From: Trichormus sp. ATA11-4-KO1
GTDB taxonomy: Bacteria; Cyanobacteriota; Cyanobacteriia; Cyanobacteriales; Nostocaceae
NCBI GenBank assembly: GCA_019358915.1
Contig: JAHHIM010000001.1
Coordinates: 224,001 to 288,000 of the forward strand
Length of the DNA stretch: 64,000 nucleotides
Direction: 5' to 3'
Under the pieces are notes generated by a model. It was not told the origin of the DNA. It saw nothing but the letters and a program-made list of their open reading frames with translations, and searched no databases. This document shows positions 19,048 to 30,446 of this stretch, in pieces (the stretch's first letter is position 1; each line of letters starts with the position of its first letter). Position numbers and translations under genes: made by a program.

Positions 19048-20364
19048 TCAACCGTTGATGCCTTTAAACATTGCTTGCGCCCTCTGAAACGCTTCTTTCA
19101 TCACTGCCTGAATTTTCTGAGGATCAGGTTTCTTACCTCCCATCAAGTCACCAAAATAAACACAAGCACCTTCCCCCAATGCCCAAGTGTAGGCAGCTGC
19201 CCAAGATGCAGCAATTACACTGCCGAAACCCGGTACAAATTTGATTAACTCGCGGGCGATCGCCTGAGCTAAAAAACCCCCAGCGATCGTACTAACAATA
19301 CCTCCTGCTTGAGATGGAGTCAGCGTCTGCCCATACAATTTTCCTAGCAGACTGACCATCGATACTTGCAAGGAAGTGAGAACAGGCATCGTCGCCAATG
19401 GCAGAGGTACAGCTGCGAGGGCTGCCGCCATAATCGCAAATGGCAAAATATAACGGCGTCCAGCATCTCGGTAAATATTACCAAGTTGCTGACCAGCTAC
19501 ATCATCTAATAATTGATAAATTGCCCGGGATTCGGCTTCTGGTAGTAGGTCTGCTAAAGTATCTCTTAATGCTTCCAAGCCATAAAATACAGGATTGTAG
19601 CCATCTTCCTCCAACGTGAAGTCGATGAGAATGGAGCGATCAAAAAGTCCTGCAAAAGCTTGCTCAATTGCCGCGAAGGCTCGGTTAATTTCCTCATAAT
19701 CTGGCGGATATTCAGGATGATCGGCGGTACTAGGAGGATAAATTTCATGTAAGCAGGTAACCGCCAGCAAGCAGGGAATGTCTGGATACTGCTGACGTAG
19801 TTGCTGAGTAATTTGTCGCAGTGTATCAGTTGCGAAGTCATTGATTTTGACTGTCAGAATCAAGACTCTGGCGCGGCGGTGCGACTGTTGTAGATCCCCA
19901 ATTAGCTCGTTAATCACTATTTGAGTATCTTGATTTACATCTCCCAGCCCTACTGTATCCGTGAAAATAAGCAACGGCAGATCATGAGAAGGATAAGCAT
20001 AACGCTCGGTATATTGTGTATGTGGACGAAATCCCTGACCAATAATCTCAGCAGAAACTCCCGTCAGTCCTCGGACAATTGAACTTTTACCAGCTTGGGG
20101 TTTACCAATAAGCAAGGCTTCTGTGGTTGGCAGTTCTGCTCGAACTGTTGCCAAAATCTCTGCAACCTCATCTTCGCTGACGCTAAACCACTGGATAATG
20201 GTCTGTGTCACTTGCTCTACGGGTACGAGCTTCACCAGACCTGTTGTAGCTTGATTCCAGATGCCAGCAATCCGATTTGACCAAGCACTATCACTCGACT
20301 TAGTTTTTACACTATCAGTCGGTTCCTTAAATTGCTGAGTGTCAGTATTACGTTGCTCAGTCAT
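19048..20364 (-). CDS. GTPase-family / DUF697 (YcjF-like) protein
   Basis: GKPQAGKSS P-loop, DTVG and C-terminal hydrophobic helices. Confidence 0.8.
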   Translation of the reverse strand: MTEQRNTDTQQFKEPTDSVKTKSSDSAWSNRIAGIWNQATTGLVKLVPVEQVTQTIIQWFSVSEDEVAEILATVRAELPTTEALLIGKPQAGKSSIVRGLTGVSAEIIGQGFRPHTQYTERYAYPSHDLPLLIFTDTVGLGDVNQDTQIVINELIGDLQQSHRRARVLILTVKINDFATDTLRQITQQLRQQYPDIPCLLAVTCLHEIYPPSTADHPEYPPDYEEINRAFAAIEQAFAGLFDRSILIDFTLEEDGYNPVFYGLEALRDTLADLLPEAESRAIYQLLDDVAGQQLGNIYRDAGRRYILPFAIMAAALAAVPLPLATMPVLTSLQVSMVSLLGKLYGQTLTPSQAGGIVSTIAGGFLAQAIARELIKFVPGFGSVIAASWAAAYTWALGEGACVYFGDLMGGKKPDPQKIQAVMKEAFQRAQAMFKGING

Positions 20365-20563
20365 TTTGACAACAACCAATAATTGTCTATTTTAACAAGC
20401 AATAGTTGACAAAAAGACACTGGGGCGTGCTGAGTTAGCGCCATCCTACGCCAGGGTTAATCACAGAAATTTCGAGAATGGCAAAAAGAATGGAGAGATC
20501 GCTTGCTGTATTCTTCACAGTTTGTTACAAAAGTATAAAGAACTTCTAGAGACCCAAAACTAC

Positions 20564-21358
20564 ATGTTCGGCGGACTTACTGGTTTAACAGATCCTAAAG
20601 GCACAGACTGGGGAGAGCGGATGCTTAACACAGTCGCCAGCCAAACGATTCGCCACTTGTTTACCCAAAGCGAGTCAGTAGAAGTCTTTGTACGCTGCTA
20701 TCCCTCCAGCAAACTGTTGCAAGGCAGCATAGATAGCTTCAAAATGAGCGGTCGTGGCTTGGTGATTCGCAAAGATTTCTGGGTAGAGCAAATGTCCTTT
20801 GAAACTAATGCCGTTGCCATTGACTTCGGCGCGGTTCTCAGTGGCAAGTTGAATCTCAAGCAACCCACCCAAGCGATCGCTCAAGTAATCTTATCAGAAG
20901 CAGGAATTAATCAAGCCTTCCAGTCCAAACTGGTAACACAGCATCTGGTTAACCTTTCTGTACCTGCCTTGACGGCACTATCTGGCGGTAAGCCAGTCTC
21001 TTTTACTGATATTCAAGTAGAACTATTAGCAGAAAATCGTTTGCGGATCTTGGCCAAGGCAGATTTAGATAATGGCGAACTCGTACCACTGAGCATGATC
21101 ATGACTGTAGCCGTTGAACGGCGGCGGCGGATTTCTTTTAAAGATCCCAAAATTGAGCTTGACTTAGTACCAGAAAATCAACGGGAAATATCTCAAGCAT
21201 TGAGTTTAGCACTGGCGGAAATTTTAGATAATATGGTTGATTTGGATCGCTTTGACCTTGATGGTGTGAAAATGCGGCTGAATCGTTTAGAAACTGAAGG
21301 AAAAACATTGATTTTCAGTGGATATGCGGAAATTGAACGTATTCCTCGCAAACCTTAA
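20564..21358 (+). CDS. DUF2993 (LmeA-like) protein
   Basis: SSKLLQGSIDSFKMSGRGLVI is a typical cyanobacterial DUF2993 segment. Confidence 0.75.
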   Translation: MFGGLTGLTDPKGTDWGERMLNTVASQTIRHLFTQSESVEVFVRCYPSSKLLQGSIDSFKMSGRGLVIRKDFWVEQMSFETNAVAIDFGAVLSGKLNLKQPTQAIAQVILSEAGINQAFQSKLVTQHLVNLSVPALTALSGGKPVSFTDIQVELLAENRLRILAKADLDNGELVPLSMIMTVAVERRRRISFKDPKIELDLVPENQREISQALSLALAEILDNMVDLDRFDLDGVKMRLNRLETEGKTLIFSGYAEIERIPRKP

Positions 21359-21386
21359 ACTGGTAGTACCAAAAACCTTCAAATGA

Positions 21387-21416
21387 AATACCGCCGAGAA
21401 ATTTCTCGGCGGTATT
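21387..21416. terminator. Perfect 30-bp palindrome between convergent genes (probable bidirectional terminator)
   Basis: AATACCGCCGAGAAA|TTTCTCGGCGGTATT. Confidence 0.75.
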
Positions 21417-21486
21417 ATGACTCGGTGTGGAAATTAAAAAGTACTCTACTAATTTTTTACTTTTTAATTCTCTATTTTTAATTTTC

Positions 21487-22878
21487 CTATCGTCCAACAC
21501 CTACATATTGGAAACCAGCCCTCACCATACTTTCAGGGTCGAGGAAGTTGCGACCATCGATGATCACGGGGTGGAGCATCAACTTTGCCATCTTGGCATA
21601 ATCCAAGTTGCTGAACTGCTCCCATTCAGTTACCAATACTAACGCGTCACAGCCATCGGCCAGCCTCTCAGCATCAGTTTCTACTAACACACCAGAAAGA
21701 CCATGACGCAGACCTGTCTGAGAAACAATGGGGTCGTAGGCTTTAACTTTGGCTCCCAGGCGGTTCAGCTGCTCAATCAGGTTGAGTGCTGGAGCATCAC
21801 GCATATCATCAGTATCGGGCTTGAAGGTCAAACCCAGTAGTCCCACCGTTTTGCCTTTGAGAATTTTCAGGGCTTGTTGGAGTTTTTCTAAAGCAATCAA
21901 GCGCTGGCGTTCATTAACAGTCACAGCTGCTTTCATGAGCTGGGCTTCGTAGCCATAATCATCAGCAGTGTGAATCAGTGCAGCGACATCTTTGGGGAAG
22001 CAGGAACCACCCCAACCAATACCAGCGTTTAAGAACTTGTTACCAATGCGGGAGTCTAGACCGATACCCTTAGCTACTTGAGTAACATCAGCACCGACGC
22101 GATCGCAAATGTTAGCAACTTCGTTAATAAAACTAATCTTGGTTGCCAAGAAAGCGTTAGCTGCGTATTTGATCATTTCTGCGGAACTGAGGTCTGTTGC
22201 CAGTATTGGCACTGGAGGTAAAGTTTGATCGGCAGCGTACTGGCGCTCCACAATTGGGGCATACAGTTCTTGCATTAAGGCGATCGCTTTTTGACTATTG
22301 CCGCCCAAGACGATGCGATCGGGGTTAAAGGTGTCGTATACAGCCGAACCTTCGCGCAAGAATTCTGGATTGCTGACAACATCAAACTGGGCGACAACCT
22401 CAGGCAATTTTTCTTCAATCGACGCTCCACCTGCGGGTACGAGTGTTTTCTGACGCTCAGCAATCCCATCCAAAACAATCATCCGTACCCAGTCACCGGA
22501 ACCAATGGGGACTGTAGATTTATTGACAATCACTTTGTAACCGCCGTTGAGATTTGCCCCGATACCACGAGCTACGGCTTCGACATAGCGGGTGTCACTT
22601 TCTCCTGTGGGCAAAGGTGGTGTTCCCACAGCAATAAACAGAATTTCCCCGTGAGCAACCCCAGCAGCGAGATCAGTAGTGAACTGAATTTTTCCTACTT
22701 GAATGGCAGACTGCATAATCTCTGAGAGTCCCGGCTCAAAAATAGGGGACTGCCCAGATTTCATTAACTTAACTTTTTCTTCGTTGTTATCTACGCAAAT
22801 TACATCATGCCCAATGTGAGCCAAGCAAGCGCCTGTAACCAAACCAACGTAACCAGTACCAATTACGCAAACACGCAT
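21487..22878 (-). CDS. ugd: UDP-glucose 6-dehydrogenase
   Basis: GTGYVG, NKSTVP, SNPEFLREG and GGSCFPKD. Confidence 0.95.
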   Translation of the reverse strand: MRVCVIGTGYVGLVTGACLAHIGHDVICVDNNEEKVKLMKSGQSPIFEPGLSEIMQSAIQVGKIQFTTDLAAGVAHGEILFIAVGTPPLPTGESDTRYVEAVARGIGANLNGGYKVIVNKSTVPIGSGDWVRMIVLDGIAERQKTLVPAGGASIEEKLPEVVAQFDVVSNPEFLREGSAVYDTFNPDRIVLGGNSQKAIALMQELYAPIVERQYAADQTLPPVPILATDLSSAEMIKYAANAFLATKISFINEVANICDRVGADVTQVAKGIGLDSRIGNKFLNAGIGWGGSCFPKDVAALIHTADDYGYEAQLMKAAVTVNERQRLIALEKLQQALKILKGKTVGLLGLTFKPDTDDMRDAPALNLIEQLNRLGAKVKAYDPIVSQTGLRHGLSGVLVETDAERLADGCDALVLVTEWEQFSNLDYAKMAKLMLHPVIIDGRNFLDPESMVRAGFQYVGVGR

Positions 22879-23042
22879 TTAGTTTAACTCCTCGCTTTTT
22901 TGGGGTTAGTCTTCATAAAGAAGTTGTCAATTATGTCACTTAAAGATTACTGGTAAAACCAGCAACTAGAGTACAGACTACTAATGAGGTAAGCCTGCAC
23001 TAGGTTCAGAGCGGCATTTAGCGCTACTCCAGAACCTAAAAT

Positions 23043-24005
23043 TTAAGTATCGCTTTGAACGCCATTGCCTGCGGCAGTGCGGAAAACGCGATCGCGGAAA
23101 TCTTCTACTGTTAGTTTTAACCCCTCTTGTAGCGGAACGGTAGGTTCCCAATTTAACAAGGTTTTTGCTTTGGTGATATCAGGTTGGCGACGACGGGGAT
23201 CATCAGATGGTAGTGGTTCAAATTTAATCTGTGCGTCTGGGTTCACCATGTTTTGCACAGCTTTTGCCAATTCTAAAATCGTATATTCACCAGGATTGCC
23301 TAAATTCACTGGGCCAACATAGTCGCCATTCATCAAGCGGATAAAACCTTCTACCAAATCAGAAACGTAACAGAAGCTTCGCGTTTGTGAACCATCACCG
23401 TACACAGTTAAAGGATTACCCTGCAAGGCTTGAACTATAAAGTTGCTCACCACCCGGCCATCGTTTTCTAACATCCTGGGGCCATAAGTGTTGAAAATCC
23501 GAGCAACACGAATATCGACTTTATTTTGTCTGTAGTAATCAAATGACAAAGTTTCCGCAATTCTTTTACCTTCGTCGTAGCATGACCGGATGCCAATGGG
23601 ATTAACGCTACCCCTATACTCTTCGGTTTGGGGATGAACTTCTGGATCTCCGTAGACTTCACTAGTTGAGGCCAAAAAAAACCTAGCTTTGACACGTTTG
23701 GCTAACCCCAACATATTCAGTGTCCCCATGACGTTAGTTTTCACGGTTTTCACTGGATTGTACTGGTAATGTACTGGAGAAGCTGGACAAGCTAGATGAT
23801 AAATTTGATCCACTTCTAACCGAATTGGCTCTGTGATGTCGTGGCGAATCAGTTCAAAGTAGGGATGATTCATCCATTTGAGGATATTGCGTTTGTCACC
23901 TGTGTAAAAGTTATCTAAGCAAATTACCTCATGCCCTGCGGGTAGTAGTCGGTCAATAAGATGGGAACCAATAAACCCAGCACCGCCCGTCACCAAAATT
24001 CTCAT
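23043..24005 (-). CDS. UDP-glucuronic acid decarboxylase (UDP-xylose synthase)
   Basis: [27 protein letters not shown] and [10 protein letters not shown]. Confidence 0.92.
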   Translation of the reverse strand: MRILVTGGAGFIGSHLIDRLLPAGHEVICLDNFYTGDKRNILKWMNHPYFELIRHDITEPIRLEVDQIYHLACPASPVHYQYNPVKTVKTNVMGTLNMLGLAKRVKARFFLASTSEVYGDPEVHPQTEEYRGSVNPIGIRSCYDEGKRIAETLSFDYYRQNKVDIRVARIFNTYGPRMLENDGRVVSNFIVQALQGNPLTVYGDGSQTRSFCYVSDLVEGFIRLMNGDYVGPVNLGNPGEYTILELAKAVQNMVNPDAQIKFEPLPSDDPRRRQPDITKAKTLLNWEPTVPLQEGLKLTVEDFRDRVFRTAAGNGVQSDT

Positions 24006-24341
24006 AGTTTCCCAGTTAATTTATAGATATTGCTAGTTGCTCTTTAACATATTGTTAGATTACCCAGCCTAAATACAAAAATACAGGACGAACAGAGCTA
24101 ACTGAGAATGCATTTTGGAATTCAAAGTTGGCATCTTAGCAGAAATTTCCTTACATATACGATTTGTGAATTTTAAATTAAATTTTTAACAATTCATCTA
24201 GCAAAATACCAAACATCCCCTGATGATTGTCTTGCTTTAACCTAGAATTCATCAAATCTTTAACAATATAAAGTTTTTTTACAGTGAACTTCAAAGCCGT
24301 TATGAGTTAAAAAACCAAGGATTATGATAAAGTCTTGGCGA

Positions 24342-26477
24342 TTACATCGCAGTTGTCGGGCTGGAAATTTCTGTGAGTAAAATTCCTGTTTGGGGGCGTT
24401 GTGGTTCTCCCAGCATGACAATAGAGCAAGTAAGTTGTCCGGCTAACTGAGTTGTCACATCACTAATAGCTAAACCACCAGGACTAGTACGGTTACGGAT
24501 AAATGGTAATACTACTAAATCGTATAAACGCGCTGCTTGCAAAATTGCTTGGGCAACATTTTCATGAGCGATGATTTGAATTTCTGGGGGATTGGACACA
24601 GCTAATTGAGACATCATTTGGGTGAGGTGTGATCGCCTGGCAGCGATTTTACTGGAACTGGTGCGGCGATCGCACACATTTAGCACAGTCACTTGGGCTT
24701 GATTGGCCTCTGCCAGCATTTGGGCAAATTGTACAGGTTGCAATGTTGATGCGGTTAAATTTTCCCATGGGACTAAGATGCGTTGAATTTTTTTCGGTGA
24801 GTCCATCAGACGTGTCACCGCCACTGGACAGTGGGATGCCCAAAGTACGTTATCAATCACATTGCCAAACAAACGCGCTCTCAATCCAGTGCGTTTACCC
24901 CAACCCATGACAATTAAACTCGCCTTTTGTTCGCGCGCCGCCCTGCTAATTCCCGGCGCAAAGGCATCATCAATTCGCAGCAATGGTTCTGCTTCTACTC
25001 CCAAAACTCGACTTTGTGCTGTAGCTTTTGCTAGTAACCGCTCACTACGTCGCAGAGAAGCCTCTAACTGTGGTGCATCCATGTGAGCCGCAGCAGTAGC
25101 GATCGCTAATGGCACAATTGTGCCATGTGCTTGATGTGCTAATAGTGCCGCCATTTCAATCAAATACTGCTGAGTTTGAGGATTGTAGACAGGTACGACT
25201 ATGGTTAAAGGATTATGCTTTTGTGCTGTTTTTTGGTCAGTTAAAGTTGGGGAATTTGTTTCTGTAACTGCTGTAGAAGTTAACGTAATGGCTACCCGAC
25301 TGGTGAGCAGTGGTGCTAAAGTTGAGGTCACGAGCATTAGAATAACGACACTATTTAACACCTCTAGTGATAGCAATTCAGCCCGATATCCTACTAAAGT
25401 TGCTGCTAAAGTAGTACCCATTTGCGGCATTGATAACGACCACATGGTCAGCATTTCCTGCCAGTTGTAGCAGTAAACAAATTTTGTTAACAAAGCAGCG
25501 ATGAATTTGCTGGCAATTAAACCAACTACAATCAACAGCGATAACTTAAGGGTGTAAATACTGGTAAAAAAACCAGGCAGATCAATCAGCAAGCCAAAAT
25601 AAACAAAGAAAATGGGAATAAATAGGACACTGCCAACAAATACGACCTTTTCTTTGACTGGCCCTTCACCAACCGCTTCATTGACTGCTAAACCTGCTAA
25701 AAAAGCGCCGACAATTTTTTCTACTCCCATGAATTGAGCGCCCACAACCGAAAGAAACACGGTAAGCAACACAAACAAAAATTTATTGCCTTCGTCGTCT
25801 CCTGAGCGGCGAAAAAATTCTTTACCTGCCCAATCAAAACCTACCAAAATCATCATGGAGTAAATACTCAACCAACTCAATAAAGTGAGTAGTTGAGGCA
25901 AGCTAAAAGCTCCCGCATAACTAGTGGCTACACAAACGGCTAATACCAGAAGTGCGCCGAGATTGGTAAAGATTGTCGCTCCCATAGTGGCGATCACAGC
26001 TTCATTATTGACCACTCCCAGACGACTGATAATGGGATATGCCAAAAGAGTGTAGGAAGCTAACAAAGAGCCAATTAAAATCGAAGTATTCCATTCCCAG
26101 CCCAAAATTCGCCCTAATAAAGTTCCCATCACCAGAGGAACTATAAAAGTAAAGCTGCCAAATCCTAAGGAGCGTTTTCTCCGGCGACGGAAGTCCTTGA
26201 TTTCTACTTCTAATCCTGCTACAAACATCAAGTAAATCAAACCAATGTCCGCTAGCAGGCTAATTATCGGCGATTCTGGATGGAATAGATTCCAGCCTGA
26301 TGGCCCCAGTACGACCCCAGAGAATACCAAACCCACTAATCCTGGTAGTCTCAGCCGCTCAAAGAGAATGGGTACTACTAAAATGACCACCAGCAACACA
26401 GCAAAGGTCACAATTGGTTCTTTGCCGAGAACTTGGGAAGTTGGTTCCAGAGCAAGAACTTGTGATGTTAGTTCCAT
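24342..26477 (-). CDS. Cation:proton antiporter (CPA2) with C-terminal USP-like domains
   Basis: About 12 TM helices, IVGAFLAG, LFIPIFFV; C-terminal LIVMGW...LFGNVIDNV. Confidence 0.88.
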   Translation of the reverse strand: MELTSQVLALEPTSQVLGKEPIVTFAVLLVVILVVPILFERLRLPGLVGLVFSGVVLGPSGWNLFHPESPIISLLADIGLIYLMFVAGLEVEIKDFRRRRKRSLGFGSFTFIVPLVMGTLLGRILGWEWNTSILIGSLLASYTLLAYPIISRLGVVNNEAVIATMGATIFTNLGALLVLAVCVATSYAGAFSLPQLLTLLSWLSIYSMMILVGFDWAGKEFFRRSGDDEGNKFLFVLLTVFLSVVGAQFMGVEKIVGAFLAGLAVNEAVGEGPVKEKVVFVGSVLFIPIFFVYFGLLIDLPGFFTSIYTLKLSLLIVVGLIASKFIAALLTKFVYCYNWQEMLTMWSLSMPQMGTTLAATLVGYRAELLSLEVLNSVVILMLVTSTLAPLLTSRVAITLTSTAVTETNSPTLTDQKTAQKHNPLTIVVPVYNPQTQQYLIEMAALLAHQAHGTIVPLAIATAAAHMDAPQLEASLRRSERLLAKATAQSRVLGVEAEPLLRIDDAFAPGISRAAREQKASLIVMGWGKRTGLRARLFGNVIDNVLWASHCPVAVTRLMDSPKKIQRILVPWENLTASTLQPVQFAQMLAEANQAQVTVLNVCDRRTSSSKIAARRSHLTQMMSQLAVSNPPEIQIIAHENVAQAILQAARLYDLVVLPFIRNRTSPGGLAISDVTTQLAGQLTCSIVMLGEPQRPQTGILLTEISSPTTAM

Positions 26478-26624
26478 AGGTTGGACTTTAAAGGGCAACA
26501 GTGCAGCTGCGATCGCCTGGAGTGCAATCGCCCAAACAATGAATAATCAATGTAAAAGCTACCCTGACGAAATATAAAAAATCTTAATCTACACTACCTA
26601 GGTAATTGTTGAGGAACTAACTAC

Positions 26625-27281
26625 CTAAGGATGGATTTGACTCAAAATGAACCGCAAGCGATCGTAGTCGTCTTTTAACAACACGCTGAGAGTTCGCCCA
26701 GCTTTAATTAACCATTCTCGGTCGGCTTTGCGTAATTGGTATACCTCGCGGATGGCGGCTGCGGCTAATGACTCTACTGGCGCACTGTTAACAGACAGTA
26801 ATGTCCGCAAAAAATCTAGTTCCTCAGAGAATTTAATGATTGCTTCTGGCTCACATCGATAAACAGCTTGATGAATTTGCGGAGGACGCGGTGGTAGATA
26901 CTGATATACCCCTCGGTTATAACCTAGAGTAGGGGATGGTTGCTCAAATCCGACGATCGCCGCCCGAAATTCAGTTTTGAGCATGGCGAATATCTGGGGT
27001 TGTTCCTCACGTAAATCTGGCAATGACAACCCCAGCGCCACAGCCCGATGCACAGAATCTATGGGCATAGTTGTAGCATGATATACCACAGCATAAATCT
27101 GATTACCTGATTCTTCATCCACAGAACAGACCCAACTCCCAAAAGGTGGCATGGGAGGAAAACTCAAATCTTCCGGTTCCAAACACTGTGCCAGAAATTC
27201 AGTAGAAGTAGTCTCTATCACCTCGGCAATATGATTGGGGTGGCGATCGCCAGTAGCAAACTGTGGTAAAGGAAGACGCAT
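26625..27281 (-). CDS. HAS-barrel-domain protein
   Basis: IAEVIETTSTEFLAQC...PPFGSWV...YLPPRPPQIH. Confidence 0.75.
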   Translation of the reverse strand: MRLPLPQFATGDRHPNHIAEVIETTSTEFLAQCLEPEDLSFPPMPPFGSWVCSVDEESGNQIYAVVYHATTMPIDSVHRAVALGLSLPDLREEQPQIFAMLKTEFRAAIVGFEQPSPTLGYNRGVYQYLPPRPPQIHQAVYRCEPEAIIKFSEELDFLRTLLSVNSAPVESLAAAAIREVYQLRKADREWLIKAGRTLSVLLKDDYDRLRFILSQIHP

Positions 27282-27348
27282 GAGAGTGCTGAGTGCTGAG
27301 TGCTGAGTGCTGAGTTAGGAATTATCCTAACTCTTAACTAAATAAAAT

Positions 27349-27546
27349 CTATTTCCCTTTTTTACGTCCTGCTGTGAGTTCTACAAGTTCCAATTCTGAT
27401 GGTAGAAAGGTAATCAATTTATCCCAGTTACCACCTTCAAATAGCACAGCTACCTTACCATCACTCACCCGTTGCACAAGTCCTTCATAGAGATAATAGA
27501 TATCGGCGGGATTTTTGACGCGAACAGTTGCTCCAGGCAGAATCAT
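27349..27546 (-). CDS. ndhS: NDH-1 subunit S
   Basis: [12 protein letters not shown]...[26 protein letters not shown]. Confidence 0.92.
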   Translation of the reverse strand: MILPGATVRVKNPADIYYLYEGLVQRVSDGKVAVLFEGGNWDKLITFLPSELELVELTAGRKKGK

Positions 27547-27670
27547 GATGTTTACCCTCGCTTGTTGACTGCTAATAGCTTATAAAGGGGAACAGGTAAG
27601 GGGCAACAGGCAAGAGAGTAATGCTGATCATAAATTCCTCTCTATTCCCTGTTCTCTGTTCCCTATTCCC

Positions 27671-28987
27671 TCATAAATAATACTTCTGTCGTTGCCGAAA
27701 ATTTGCTACCGATTCTACTATTCCTAAAGCAATGAAATTGGTAAGCATGGCTGAACGACCATAACTCATCCAAGGCAGAGGAATTCCGGCTACAGGTGCT
27801 AAACCAACAGTCATACCTACGTTAATAATTAACTGAAACACAATCATTGACAACACACCAATAGCTAATAACGAGCCAAAATTGTCCTTGGCGTTTTGAG
27901 CTACATGCAGCAGACGAAAGCAAATCAAGCAGAAGACAAACAATACTACCAAACAACCAACAAAACCGAATTCTTCGCCCACTGCGGAGAAAATGAAGTC
28001 TGTATGCTGTTCTGGCACGAAATTCAGTTGTGTCATTGGCCCTTTGAACAGACCCCATCCCCAAACTTCACCAGCACCAATAGCGATGCGAGATTGGATG
28101 AGGTGATAGCCTGCGCCTAATGGATCGTGGTCGGGATTAATAAATACACTCAGCCTGTCTTTTTGATACTCTTTCAATATATGATTCCAGGCAAAAACAC
28201 CTAGTTCGCCACCCATGAAATTGACAACCGATGCACCTATACCATTGAGGGCAAAGCGACGCCAAGGAAGAGTTTGCCAAGCCAAAATACCCATAGCCCC
28301 TACCCAAACTAACCCTAAAGGTCCAAAAGATAGTTCTTTAAATAAAATGATCGGCTCTGGTAAGGGCCAGCTTATACTAAAAAGAATGGCTGAAATCACA
28401 GGAGAAACCATCAATATCAGCCAGCCAGGATTAGCATTTGCCCAGTACAGCATCCCTAAGGTGATCGCCGCAAATACTAGTGATGTTGCCAAATCTGGCT
28501 GTAAAAATATCAATGCCCAAGGAACAGCAGTAATTAAAAGAGCGCGGAACACACTGTCGAGACTGGAAGCTGTACGCCTGTGTAATAAAGCCGCTAAGGT
28601 GATAATTATCCCTATTTTGGCAAATTCTGAAGGTTGCACATTAAAACCACCGATAGGAATCCATCGCTGTGCTCCTTTAGCGCTAGTGCCAATGATCATC
28701 ACGGCAACCAGGCTGAGGTTGGTCAGTGAGTAAGTTATCCAATGCCATTGAATGAGATTTTCGTAATGGATGCGAGCTAAAAACAACGCTATCAAACCCC
28801 CAATACCAGCTACTAGCCAGTGCCACCACCAATCAGTAACTGGCTGCGTCAGTTCCGTACTGAGAATCATAATGCCGCCAAAAATACTGAGTCCAATAGG
28901 CAGAAAAAATAGTGGCCAATCTACTTGTTGCCAGGGCTTTACCCAATACTTCCAGCGAATTTTGGGGAGCGATCGTTTGAATAACAT
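27671..28987 (-). CDS. rodA: Rod shape-determining protein RodA (SEDS family)
   Basis: GAQRWI, QPSEFAK, QPDLAT, PEQHTDFIF and GIPLPWMSYG. Confidence 0.93.
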   Translation of the reverse strand: MLFKRSLPKIRWKYWVKPWQQVDWPLFFLPIGLSIFGGIMILSTELTQPVTDWWWHWLVAGIGGLIALFLARIHYENLIQWHWITYSLTNLSLVAVMIIGTSAKGAQRWIPIGGFNVQPSEFAKIGIIITLAALLHRRTASSLDSVFRALLITAVPWALIFLQPDLATSLVFAAITLGMLYWANANPGWLILMVSPVISAILFSISWPLPEPIILFKELSFGPLGLVWVGAMGILAWQTLPWRRFALNGIGASVVNFMGGELGVFAWNHILKEYQKDRLSVFINPDHDPLGAGYHLIQSRIAIGAGEVWGWGLFKGPMTQLNFVPEQHTDFIFSAVGEEFGFVGCLVVLFVFCLICFRLLHVAQNAKDNFGSLLAIGVLSMIVFQLIINVGMTVGLAPVAGIPLPWMSYGRSAMLTNFIALGIVESVANFRQRQKYYL

Positions 28988-29033
28988 TGTGCGATAGTTG
29001 TGTGATTCTAGACTTTAAGTGTGAGTATTTACA

Positions 29034-29160
29034 CTGGGGAATGGGGAATGGGGAATGGGGAATGGGGAATGGGGAATGGAGAAAAAATACTCCCTCATCC
29101 CCTTCATCCCCCTCATCTCCCCCTGCTCCCCTGCTCCCTGCGCCCTCATCCCTGCTTCTT
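29034..29160. repeat. STRR heptamer array (TGGGGAA)n followed by CCCCTCAT/CCCCTGCT-type repeats
   Basis: Seen directly in the rodA-mrp intergenic region. Confidence 0.9.
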
Positions 29161-29227
29161 CTCACGATGGCGAATAATCTGTATTCCCAGGCTACAGCCC
29201 AGGAATCAGAAAAGAATTAAAAATTGA

Positions 29228-30298
29228 TTATGTCAGGGCGGCAACTGATACTTTGCCAGCGATATTGAGAGCGATCGCTGTTAATGCTTTTGCCGAAGCT
29301 GAATCAGGATCAGCCACGACTATCGGCACACCGCTATCACCACCAACTCTTGTGGAAATCTCCAGTGGGATACAACCCAGTAAAGGTACTTCCAACTCAG
29401 CTGCTGTTTTGGCACCACCACCTGAACCAAAGATGTCATACTGCTTATCTGGCATATCTGGGGGAATAAAGTAGCTCATATTTTCTACTATTCCCAAAAC
29501 AGGGACGTTCATTTGCTGGAACATCCGCAATCCTTTGCGGGAATCTAACAGCGCTACAGTTTGCGGTGTAGTCACAATTACTGCCCCTGACATTGGTACT
29601 GCTTGGGTTAAAGTTAACTGAGCATCGCCAGTTCCCGGCGGCATATCGACGATTAAATAGTCAAGTTCTCCCCATTCCACTTGATAGAGAAATTGGCGAA
29701 TTACTCCATTGAGCATAGGCCCGCGCCAGATCACTGGCTGATCTCGGTCAATCAAAAAGCCCATTGAGACTAACTTAACGCCGTGATTAAAAGCAGGCTC
29801 TAAAACTTCACCTTTTTCTGTGGAACGCACAACAATTTGAGCGTCAGCTAGCCCCAGCATAGTAGGATCATTTGGCCCATAAATATCGGCATCAAGTAAC
29901 CCAACTTTGGCTCCTGTTTGTGCTAAAGCCACAGCTACATTCACCGCTACCGTACTTTTACCTACACCGCCTTTACCACTGGAAACAGCCAAAATATTTT
30001 TAACGCCATTAATACCACTGCGATCGGGCAAGCTTTTTTGTTGGGGTGTTTCTGCTGTGACTTCTACACTTACTTCTGCAACCCCTGGTAGCTTTTTAAC
30101 AGCTTTTTCGCAATCTTCAACGATAAACTCACGTAAGGGACAGGCGGGTGTAGTCAACACCAAAGTGAAACTAACCTTACCAGCGTCAATTTTGACGTTG
30201 CGAATCATATTCAGTTCTACCAAACTCTTGCGGAGTTCGGGATCTTGCACTGGTCGCAACACTTCTAAGACAGATTGGGAATCGAGAACATCGTACAT
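29228..30298 (-). CDS. Mrp/ApbC/NBP35 Fe-S cluster carrier ATPase
   Basis: TTPACP N-domain, SGKGGVGKST, DADIYGP and DMPPGTGD. Confidence 0.93.
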   Translation of the reverse strand: MYDVLDSQSVLEVLRPVQDPELRKSLVELNMIRNVKIDAGKVSFTLVLTTPACPLREFIVEDCEKAVKKLPGVAEVSVEVTAETPQQKSLPDRSGINGVKNILAVSSGKGGVGKSTVAVNVAVALAQTGAKVGLLDADIYGPNDPTMLGLADAQIVVRSTEKGEVLEPAFNHGVKLVSMGFLIDRDQPVIWRGPMLNGVIRQFLYQVEWGELDYLIVDMPPGTGDAQLTLTQAVPMSGAVIVTTPQTVALLDSRKGLRMFQQMNVPVLGIVENMSYFIPPDMPDKQYDIFGSGGGAKTAAELEVPLLGCIPLEISTRVGGDSGVPIVVADPDSASAKALTAIALNIAGKVSVAALT

Positions 30299-30446
30299 AC
30301 TGTTTTCACTGTTACCGCAGTAACAAAATTTAAGAAAATTTTATTATCATCTACTTAAAATCTTAACTTTCTTTAGGAAATAGGGAATAGGGAGTGGGGA
30401 TGAAGGGAAAAGGAACGAATTTTCTCAATGCCCCATGCCCAACGCC

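Noticed and set aside
28833..29227. Overlapping ORFs with WGMGNGE / SPFPIPH repeats
   Set aside because: Translations of heptamer tandem repeats, not genes
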